In this document: positions 53,997 to 64,000 of the stretch, piece by piece
Layout: the number at the start of each line of letters is the position of its first letter
How positions within the stretch are numbered: the first letter of the stretch is position 1
Assembly (NCBI GenBank): GCA_951406725.2
Contig: OX597820.1
Span: 120,590,001-120,654,000 of the forward strand
Direction: 5' to 3'
DNA length: 64,000 nt
Source: Octopus vulgaris
Taxonomy: Eukaryota
Made by a program: the position numbers and the translations under genes
The notes under the pieces: model-generated
The model's database searches: none
Told to the model about the DNA's origin: nothing
The model's input: the letters and a program-made list of their open reading frames with translations, nothing else

Positions 53997-54677
53997 ACAG
54001 ACCATCCTTGATTCTATTTAAAAAAAACAGTGATTAGGGTTGCGAAAATATAATTCCTGTTAGCTTTGTACTTCCCTTTCCACACATATTTATTTCAGAA
54101 CATTTTCGGCAAAGAGTGCAATATTTCTCAAAAGTAATAATATTTCAACATTCACTTGTAATGATATTATGAAAATGTAGGACGAAAATAAAGTAGAGAT
54201 GCGTAAACTGTCATCCTCTCCATCATTTTTAAACATTAAATTCCGATATAATCGCAATCTACGCCATCTGAAAGATATTCGTAGAAAATTTCTTTAAAAG
54301 TATCCATTTTCTTGAAAGTTATCAGGAAACATAATCAGTGGGTGATGGGGTGTGTGTTTGTAGTCATTCACAGTTGTTGTATGTAAACTAAACCATTTGT
54401 CTTATTCAGATTTCTATTTCTTCAACAACACACAGCAAATATGAAACGACACTGGAATCAACATAATTTTGCAGCTGATGTATTTAAACTTATAGTTAGG
54501 AGAAAGTAACTTTGGAAACAGTTGAGCAACATTTATAGTTTCACAAATGTATACAGACGTTAAATAAAGCCCGCAGTAAATTCAAATGTCATAGTGAATA
54601 AGATTTGTGATGGAAGTATGTCCTTGAAATACGCAACTATAACGAAGCTCCAAAACTGCATTTTGATAACAGACATT

Positions 54678-55098
54678 GCATCTTTTCGGTTTGAACGGCA
54701 GTATTTTCTAGCGGTGTCATATGAAATTGTCACCCAAAATTATGACCCTAGTATCGTTCAATTGCATTTCAATCTGTTTTAGCGTTAGGGTTAGGGGTGG
54801 GGGGAAGGTATCTTTTTTTTCTTTACAAACGTAAACAAACCCAATCTGTTTCTTAAACGAGGGACATATGCATACGGTACAGGATGTTTTTTTTTTACCT
54901 CACTGGACGTCAGTGATTGGTTGAAATTGCAGAAATTGAAGAAAAAAAACAACAAATATCTTACAAACTATAGAATTTTCTCAATAAAGGCAAGAGAAAA
55001 AGATGTTTTATACACACATTCTACCAGTATACGAAGTTTAACATTTTTTAGTTACCTAGAAATTATGTTAAAAACTGCCGTTCAAACCGAAAAGATCC
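54678..55098 (-). mobile_element. MITE family A, full copy
   Basis: Both TIRs; TSD not evident. Confidence 0.9.
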
Positions 55099-55359
55099 AA
55101 ATCTGAAATTTATAAAAAAAGATTCCAGGCAGACTAACCTTTGATAATCTTTTGGCATGATTAGAACTAATCGATAAGTAGATTTCTCCATTAAAGTATA
55201 GATAACAAAACACCAAAATGTATTTTATGTTTGAATATGACAAACATTAAAACAAATTTGCTCGAGTAAATGTGCAAGAATTGTCGCTAAAATGTAGGAA
55301 TCGGAACAAATATCATCTGTAAATTAATAATATTTGTTATAACAAATATTACAGATTGC

Positions 55360-55503
55360 GGATCTTTTCGGTTTGAACGGCAGTTTTTTAACGTAATTTC
55401 TAGGTAACTAAACAAATTTAAACTTCGTATACTTGTAGAATGTGTTTATAAAACATCTTTTTCTCTTGGCTTTATTGAGAAAATTCTATAGTTTGTAGGA
55501 TCC
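55360..55503 (+). mobile_element. MITE family A, deleted copy
   Basis: Left ~138 bp joined to terminal GATCC; flanks CAGATTGC/AAGATTTC (6/8). Confidence 0.8.
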
Positions 55504-56166
55504 AAGATTTCCCTTTCTTCTGCTCTTACTCTCTCTTTTCTTTATAATTATAGTTTCCGTTTTGCATTGAATGCCACTTGTTTGTTTTGCTATTGTTTGT
55601 TTTGCCTATTTCAAACACTTCATATTCTGCCAGTCATCAGTCTAATTGCTCTCTCCCTCCCCCTTTCCCACCCAATTAGTTTTACTTTTTTCCTCAAATA
55701 GTCATTGTATCATTAGACTATATTTGATATTCTATTTTCATCCAACGACAGTCAGTGAATTTCTTCCACCAAATACTCAACATATTACTGCAGCTGTGTC
55801 ATATACCAATGTTACGTGTGAAACTTACGTTACTAGTTTATAAATTGTTCTATTGCATTTCCGAACCAATTTATACATACACAAATATATATTCGTGTGG
55901 ATACATGTATATATAAATATAAACCCACAAATACATACACGCGCGCGCGCGCGTACAGACACACACGTACATATATACTATAAAAAATGTTGCTTCCTTT
56001 TCATTATCCATACCTCTGGAAAATGAATATACCACTGATACTCCCCCAGGTGCCTGAGTATCCACTATACCACTGATACTCACTATAACAGTGATACTGA
56101 CCCAGGTGCCATCGCTAGAAATTATTTCGTGTTTTGGGTGTGTCATACAATGCTTGAACAAGATTC

Positions 56167-56580
56167 GGATCTTTTCGGTTTGAACGGCAGTTTTTAACAT
56201 AATTTCTAGGTAACTAAAAAATTTTAATCTTCGTATACTGGTAGAATGTGTTTATAAAACATCTTTTTCTCTTGGCTTTATTGAGAAAATTCTATAGTTT
56301 GTAAGATATTTGTTGTTTTTATTCTTCAATTTCTGCAATTTCAACCAATCAATAACGTCTATTGAGGTAAAAAACATTCTGTGTCGTATGAGTATGTCCC
56401 TCGTTTAAGAAACAGATTGGGTTTATTTACATTTGTGAAGAAAAAAATACCCTCTCCCCACCACTAACCCTAACCCTAAAACAGATTGAAATGCAATAGA
56501 TCGATAGTAGGGTTATAATTATGGGTGACAATTTCATATGACACTGCTAGAAAAAACTGCCGTTCAAGCCGGAAAGATCC
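56167..56580 (+). mobile_element. MITE family A, full copy
   Basis: TIRs; TSD CAAGATTC/CAATATTC (7/8). Confidence 0.92.
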
Positions 56581-57190
56581 CAATATTCGGGAGTATTCCA
56601 ATTTCTACACGAATCTGTGCACAATTTTCGTCTTGAAGGCAATCCATATATTCCATGATTAGGTTATGATTATTTCGCATTAATATCCTCACTTGTAACA
56701 ATTTTTTTCGATACGTGTGACAATTTCAAGCTCATTCTTATCTGTTTTGTTTTATCTTTATATTTTTCGAAATGGAGGATTAAACTCTACTGGGGAAGCG
56801 TCTAATAGTCTGGCAAATGAAACGTGTGAATCATTTATTTTTCCTACAATTCAATACCAAATACACAAACAAAAACCCAGTTGATGGCACAAAACGTTGA
56901 TGTCCTAAATTATGATTGAAACCATTGTTAAGACTTATGCTCCCTTTCTATATCGCTAATATTAGAGGCTGGGCTGACATCAGTGTTAAGATTTAGTGGC
57001 TGTTGCTATAGATTGTGGTGTGTTTTGCTTCCAGGAGGTAGCTTATGAAGCTTACTCATCTGCAGAAATATTACAGCGTTGCTGCGTTATATCAGAGAAG
57101 AATTTCTCGTCCCTACAGGTGTAGCAAGAAAAGAGATGCATAATCAATTTCTTGTGAATGTGGTCATCCATTTTGTCAACTATAAATTGA

Positions 57191-57577
57191 GTGGAGGCGC
57201 AATGGTCCAGTGGTTAGGGCAGCGGACTCGCGGTCATAGGATCACGGTTTCGATTCCCAGACCGGGCGTTGTGACTGTTTATTGAGCGAAAACACCTAAA
57301 AGCTCCACGAGGCTGCGGCAGGGGATGGTGGTGATCCCTGCTGTACTCTTTCACCACAACTTTCTCTCACTCTTACTTCCTGTTTCTGTTGTACCTGTAT
57401 TTCAAGGGGCCGGCCTTGTCACTCTCTGTGTCACGCTGAATATCCCCGAGAACTACGTTAAGGGTACACGTGTCTGTGGAGTGCTCAGCCACTTACACGT
57501 TAATTTCACGAGCAGGCTGTTCCGTTGATTCGGATCAACCGGAACCCTCATCGTCGTAACCGACGGAGTGCTTCCAA
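57191..57577 (+). mobile_element. SINE family D, full copy
   Basis: Near-identical to the reverse complement of 24811-25195. Confidence 0.9.
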
Positions 57578-57714
57578 CTATACGATCTAGAGTTGAAGAC
57601 ACACGAAAGAGATTTTATTGAACTTAAAATAGTGCTGGTTTCTCTTGATGCCGGCTACTCTGAGATTTGTCACTGCAGTTCACTCGGTTGCCCAAAATGA
57701 GTCGCACGTAAATT

Positions 57715-57880
57715 TACAGAGGCCAGTCTTGTCACATTCTATGTGACGCTGAGTCTCCCTGAGAACTACGTTAAGGATACGCGTGCTTGTGAAAGGCTCG
57801 GCCACTTGCACGTTAATTCCAAGAGTAGGCTGTTCGTTGATCAGATAAACGGGAAGCCTCGTCGTCGTAAGCGAGGAAGT
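57715..57880 (+). mobile_element. SINE family D-related 3' fragment
   Basis: CTTGTCAC...GAGAACTACGTTAAGG...CACGTTAATT...CCTCGTCGTCGTAA. Confidence 0.7.
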
Positions 57881-57962
57881 AAAGATGTTGAATAAAGTAA
57901 TTATTTCTCCTTTGTGCCCCAGTTTGGGCTGCCATTAGGGGCATCGGTATTTAGAGCAAAAT

Positions 57963-58195
57963 AAGGCAGCGAACAGGCAGAAACGTAAGCACGCCCGGCG
58001 AAATGAGTAGCCGTTTTTCGTCTACCGTTACGTTCTGAGTTCAAATTCCGCCGATGTCGACTTTGCCTTTCATCCTTTCGGGGTCGATTAAATAAGTACC
58101 AGTTACGCACTGGGGTCGATATAATCGACTTAATCCGTTTGTCTGTCCTTGTTTGTCCCCTCTGTGTGTAGCCCCTTGTGGGCAGTAAATAAATA
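57963..58195 (+). mobile_element. SINE family B, full copy
   Basis: 17-bp TSD GGTATTTAGA(G/C)CAAAAT. Confidence 0.9.
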
Positions 58196-58539
58196 GGTAT
58201 TTAGACCAAAATTTTAATTTATGTTTATGAAATTGTAACTATACTCTCGTTGAAGAATGATATATAATCACAATATTTTTCGACATATCTTCATTGTAAT
58301 TGTCTAATGGTTCATAATTCACCATTAACACACTGCATTTCATTCTTCTAGAATCCTTGCTGATTATATAGAATTCACGTCACTTTCCGACAGGAGCGGA
58401 AATAGACTCCAAATTGCGTCTCGTCGTAATCTCAAACAACTGCGCAGAGGTAACTCTATTAGTAATACTTTCATTTCCCCACACAAGAGGGATGAGAAAC
58501 GAAGCTGAATTCGGCAAGATTTAAATTTGGAACACAGAG

Positions 58540-59515
58540 AAACAGAAAAAGAAGAGAGAAGATATGAGGAAAGAAACCGCGAAGGAGGTCAGCAGGAAGG
58601 AGGACAAAAGGGTGACAGAGAAAGAAAGTAAAAAGAAGGTGGTGTTACAAGTAATAAATACCAGTTGCTCCGGTTGAAAATGATTCGGAAATTCAGCTGG
58701 CCGAAGAAGAGTTAGAGAGACTGTTTAGAGTGGAGGAGGAAAAGAGAGAACAAGAAAGTCAAAATAACGGAAAGAAAATAAAAGGAGGAAATGGTGTATG
58801 GTATTACGTAACCTTCCCGAAGAATATTGAAAAAGAGAAGGAAATACTCAAGTTCAATCAAATAGAAAGAGTAAAGGTACCAGCATATATATATGCAGAG
58901 GAAATGAAGGCGATAGGGATTGAAGAAGAAAGTTATAGGAGACTACAAGAAATGTGTGGAGATAATATTGAACCACCAGGAGTAAGGGTGGAATTCAAAG
59001 AATTGCCTCCAGCAATAGGATTTAGTAGAAGATTTCGAACCACTAATTGAAATATTACTAAAAAGTAAATTAGTATGTTAAATTGACAGAAAAAAAAGAG
59101 AAAAGAAAAAAGAAAAAGGGAAAAGTAAAAAGGAGAAAAAAAGGAATAAAAAAAGAAAGAGCCAGGCGTTTTATGTTATGTTTTAAAAAAATATTGAAAA
59201 ATAGAAGAAGAATTGTAGATAATGTATATAACGTTTCAAAGGTATGTAACAGGATAATTATTTATGTAAATACATGATAAAAACGGACTGTTTAAAAGAT
59301 TAATGGTACTGCATGTGATGAGGGATTCCGCCGAGGTCGACTTTGCCTTTAATCCTTTTGGGGTCGATAAATTAAGTACCAGTTACGCACTGGGGTCGAT
59401 GTAATCGACTTAATACCTATGTCTGTCCTTGTTTGTCCGCTCTGTGTTTAGCCCCTTGTGGGTAATAAAGAAATAGAAATAGGTACTGCATGTGATGAGG
59501 GGCGCATGCAGCCAT
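58540..59515 (+). repeat. Unclassified purine-rich interspersed element with 106-codon ORF (58730-59050)
   Basis: 3' part duplicated at 52545-52990; left boundary approximate; protein not recognised. Confidence 0.55.
59325..59481 (+). mobile_element. SINE family B, 5'-truncated, nested insertion
   Basis: Perfect 20-bp TSD GGTACTGCATGTGATGAGGG. Confidence 0.92.
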
Positions 59516-59557
59516 TCATATTCTCCTGTTTATTCTCCTTTTCTATCTATCTATCTT

Positions 59558-59596
<39 letters not shown>

Positions 59597-59599
59597 GTA

Positions 59600-60818
59600 T
59601 ATAGAAACAACGAGTGACAGTCTAATTTGTGACTTAAGCGAAGATTCGGGTTCACCAGAAATGTTGTGCCAATACCGACTTATCTTTTGGGATGAATGCA
59701 CCATGTCACACAGGAGTGCAACGGAAGCTCTTGGCAATACCTTACAGGACATCAGAGGCAACAATAAATCTATGGGAGGAGTTACATTAGTTTTATCAGG
59801 AGACTTGAGACAGACATTACCAATCATTTTGGTATATAAATGTATGCATTAAGGTTTCACACCCATGGAATAAAGTACTGAAATTCTCCTTCAATACTAA
59901 CGTGCTAGGTTCATTACATGGGGACCAATGTACAAAACAGTTTTCAACCTGCCTCCTCCAATTAGGAAATGGTAAAGTACCACTTGATGGGAGTGACGAT
60001 ACCACTTTGGCTCATATTCCTATCATGATTAATTACCCAGCTCAATTAAAGAACAGTGTATTGCGAGAGTTAAGGAATAATTATAATTCACATAAATGGT
60101 TCTGTGGAAGGGCAATTCTTAATCCAAAAAATGAAACAGTAGCAAGAATTAACAATGAATTAATGAATAAGGTTCCAACAGTCATTAAGAACTACAAATC
60201 AGCTGATTCAGTCCATGATGCAAATCAAGCTGTCCATTACCCAGCGTAGTTCCTTAATTCTCTTGAGCCACCTGGAATTCCTCCACATCAACTTTTTCTG
60301 AAGGTGGGTGTCCCAATAATGGTTCTAAGAAATTTAGATCCTCCTAAATCATGCAATGGGAGAAGGTTGATTGTGAACACATTATCACCTAATGTGACAC
60401 AAGCCACTATCATCACTGGATGTACTTCTGGAGAAGAGGTTTTCCTTTCAAGAATTCCACTCAAACCAACAGACATGCCATTTCAGTTCAAACGAACACA
60501 ATTCCCAGTACTACTTTCCTTTGCAATGTCTATCAATACAGCTCAAGATCAGTCTTTGAAATATACATGCTCGATTTTCTCATGGTCAACTTTGTTGGTT
60601 ACTCCAGCGAAGGTAATTTGCAAGACTTATTTGTCTATGCTCCAAACCAGAAAACAAGCTCTAAGATAACCTCCTTCAATATATGTGGTAAAATTTATCT
60701 CCTTTCATAAAAGTGGTAAATTTTGTATTTTCGTATATTACTATTGTTATTTTTATTATTATTCTTCCAATACATAAGGAAAAATTAATTCCCGGGCAAC
60801 GTCGGGTGTCTCTGCTAG
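59600..60818 (+). pseudogene. Helitron Rep/Hel 3' remnant: PIF1-family helicase pseudogene plus Helitron 3' terminus
   Basis: Motifs [83 protein letters not shown] with stops/frameshifts; ends CCCGGGCAACGTCGGG...CTAG|T. Confidence 0.93.
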
Positions 60819-60837
60819 TATATATATATATATATGT

Positions 60838-60883
<46 letters not shown>

Positions 60884-63637
60884 ACATATAATAGGTATCA
60901 TCCTCTCATTATTTCCCTAATCTGTTTCGCTCATGATTTGCTTTCTATTTCTCATACGTCTTTCATTTCTTGTTTTGTCCACCTCCTGCAATTTCTCTGT
61001 CTCTGTCTGTATGTCTGTCTGTCTCTGTCGCTCTCTCTCTCCCTCTCTTTCTCTCTCATTATTGTCAGATATATACACATACGTGCTCAAGTAGGCGTAC
61101 ATATGCACGATCATATAGTCACGCCTACACACGAACACAGACGCGCACGTACACAATGAAACAAACCAGCAGAATACAACTGCTATACCCACCAGGTTTA
61201 ACTCATTGAATGCAATTCAGTTTGCACAAACTGCAGTAATTAGCTACCAGCGAGGCTTCACATTATTGCATTATGAATAATCACTGCTCTTGTCAGTTAA
61301 ATTGCTAATAAGTATCTTTCTCCAACGGCACTTCATGCCAACTGCCTCACACGTTTTCTGCACCACCTTCAGGACTGGCGATTACTTGTCAAGTTCCCGC
61401 AATTTTCACACTACCACGCAAAGCCACCACCATAACTACCACCCCCGTTACACTTACAGCATCAATATTCCTATCCACGCTAATATAGCATGGATATGGA
61501 AGCGTTCGATATTTCCATTCGTATATTAAAAACATTCTATTCGACTTCTCTACTGATATTTCATTCTAGAATCCCAGTTACCTATTCTTCTCTCATGATT
61601 CAAAATTCCCAATAGACCATGCATATCAACACCTTACAATACTTTCTACTATTGCTACTTCTGCCGTACATATGCTAATTTTCACCTGCCTCTTTTGTAG
61701 ATGTCCTCAGCATCACAGTCGTACAGCGATCTATTATATATCTTTTCGACGTATAACAACCGCGTTATATTTTGCCACTCTCCGTACAAGGGACCGTGTA
61801 CCGATCAGAGCCAACAACACCAAAAAGATAAAACCAAATACTTAACACTAAAACTCAATGCTTCTACCGACTGCAAATAATTTATTCAACAGTTGTTCAA
61901 TAATAATATGAAATGGAATCAATCATATGCATTTACACGCGTTGACGACATCGTCGAAGAGATGCAGAAATTTTTAAATAGCTGCCTTGTGACATCTGTC
62001 ACCAATTCGCACGTAACAAGGGAGACAACTTTTAAAGATAGGTGAAAAATCACAGCTAATTATTAATTTAGAAAATTTAAACCTCGTGCTTAAGAGAATA
62101 TCTGATATTTGTTAGAGAAGATGGTGGTACTATAATATTTCAATATTGTGGTAGCTGTAATAGCAAGAATATAACAAGAACGTATTTGATCAAGAAACCT
62201 TTTTTTACATTTCTTGCACGTTCTATTATCATTTTAACCACGCAGATTAAGCACGATAAACACTTGTAGCGAAATGATTTAACGGCAATAATCCAATCCT
62301 GATAAAATGACATTTGAATACAATAAATGACATACTCTAAAACTTATTGATATAACAACTTCCTTTGACCAATAACAAATGTGAAAAGAAAATCCTAGCT
62401 GCATTCGTACAATTTTCGTAGGAAACCCGGGAGAAGCCTTCTGTAGATTTACTTCTCTTTCACAAAACAAATTCTGAAGCTTTGCTGGTAACGTAAACTG
62501 CGTTAGCGGGACGGACTTCTTTCTATCTTGTCAGACTCCATTTCATATGTTATAAGCTGTTGACATTACAACTCACAAGAAAACTAACTGATATTCATAG
62601 AAACAAAATCAGTAGCATTCGCAAAATAATTATTAAGATATAAAAGAAAACAGTGGCATACTTGCCGTGATAGAATATCAAATATCATGCTTCGATATAA
62701 AAGAGAATGCAGTCAGCTATCTACCAGAGGCAAAAATGATTCGAATGAAGAATCATTTCTCCTTTGTTGTTTATTTCTTTGAAAACTAATGTCAATATGG
62801 CTACATGACCTTTAAGGTATATTCAGGTATTTGGAATCTCAAGCAAATTTCTTATGGAAGAAGAGTATTAGACGTTTGAAGTAGAAATCCATCATTTAAC
62901 AGTAAACAAGAGTTTTTAATCTATAGAATCATTAATCATTAATCAATAGAATCATTCGAATCTTCAATGATTTCTTGTAACCGACGCTAAATGACGTCAT
63001 ATTTTGTAGTTTGTATTTTGAAGGGAGCTCCCAGTGGCGCGAACTAGCCATATCCTTATGGTGTGGACATTGAGGAGTTCTTTCCAGTTGTGTGCCATTA
63101 AAATAACATCCGGTCGTTTGATATTTCTTTTCACAAAAGTAAGTTTCATGTTTTGAGAGGGTCGTTACGGCAAAAGTAATAAGCAAACTAGCGTAACGAC
63201 CCACCGGAGAAATAAAAAAAAAATTGTTTCATCACTCGAATGCACATCAAGGACCTTTCAAACGAAATACAAAATATTAGACAGGATTTTATCTCCTTGA
63301 AATGTTCACACAGTCTTGATGGGTTTATTTGCTCTACAGACGTGTCTCAGCTTTTTTCTGTGCGGTGTAGAAGTGTATGCATGTCTTATATGTTGTATGT
63401 GTTACTCTGTTGCGCGCTGGTGTGCAGGAGTGTGTCAATGCATATATATGTGTGTTATGTCACTCACTAATACCACTGTGTCATTACATCAAGAAGACTA
63501 TGTGATTCGTGTTATACACCGCTAATCACAATACGTTTCCTAGCAATGTTCTAACCTTTCGTATGAGGTTACACTTCTAGCTAGACGTGCAGTCACACTC
63601 CTCATATGTGTATGTTTGTATGTATATATATATATGT

Positions 63638-63697
<60 letters not shown>

Positions 63698-63732
63698 GTG
63701 TGTATGTGTGTGTGTGTGTGTAAAGATATATA

Positions 63733-63965
63733 TATTTCTTTATTGCTCACAAGGGGCTAAACATTCGGGGGACAAACAAGGATATACAAAGGGATTAAGT
63801 CGATTACTTCGACCCCAGTGCGAAACTGGTACTTTATTTATCGACCCCGAAAGGATGAAAGGCAAAATCGACCTTCGCGGAATTTGAACTCAGAACGTAA
63901 CGTCAGACGAAATACCGCTAAGCATTTCGCCCGGCGCGCTTACATGTCTGCCAGCTAACCGCCTT
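63733..63965 (-). mobile_element. SINE family B, full copy
   Basis: Reverse-complement homology to 38201-38432. Confidence 0.88.
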
Positions 63966-64000
63966 ATGTATAAATGTATATGTATACACATATACATCCA

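Noticed and set aside
57191-57265. tRNA-like sequence (also 25120-25195, 39135-39210, 46720-46790)
   Set aside because: These are SINE heads continuing into SINE bodies, not tRNA genes
61480-61800. Possible decayed LINE RT fragment on the minus strand
   Set aside because: Only a faint motif resemblance; cannot be supported without a search

Overview
AT-rich eukaryotic DNA dominated by repeats. The SINE families, LINE remnants and microsatellite load point to an octopod cephalopod (Octopus sp.); this is an inference. No intact protein-coding gene can be supported, and nearly all ORFs in the track are translated microsatellites or SINEs. The window holds about ten copies of a ~410-bp GG-terminal MITE with 8-bp TSDs (Merlin-like) carrying internal (CCCTAA)n repeats, at least four tRNA-type SINE families, and non-autonomous Helitrons. 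It also holds a decayed PIF1-helicase Helitron end, remnants of R4/Dong, RTE and probably Tx1/L1 LINEs, a 28S rRNA fragment between 34-bp direct repeats, and a ~4-kb trinucleotide block. The most notable signal is a set of minimal hammerhead-ribozyme-like motifs. One sits at the tip of a long G-U-rich rod-like hairpin (16685-16827), suggesting Penelope- or retrozyme-type self-cleaving RNA elements. A few orphan exon-like segments may belong to a spliced low-complexity transcript.
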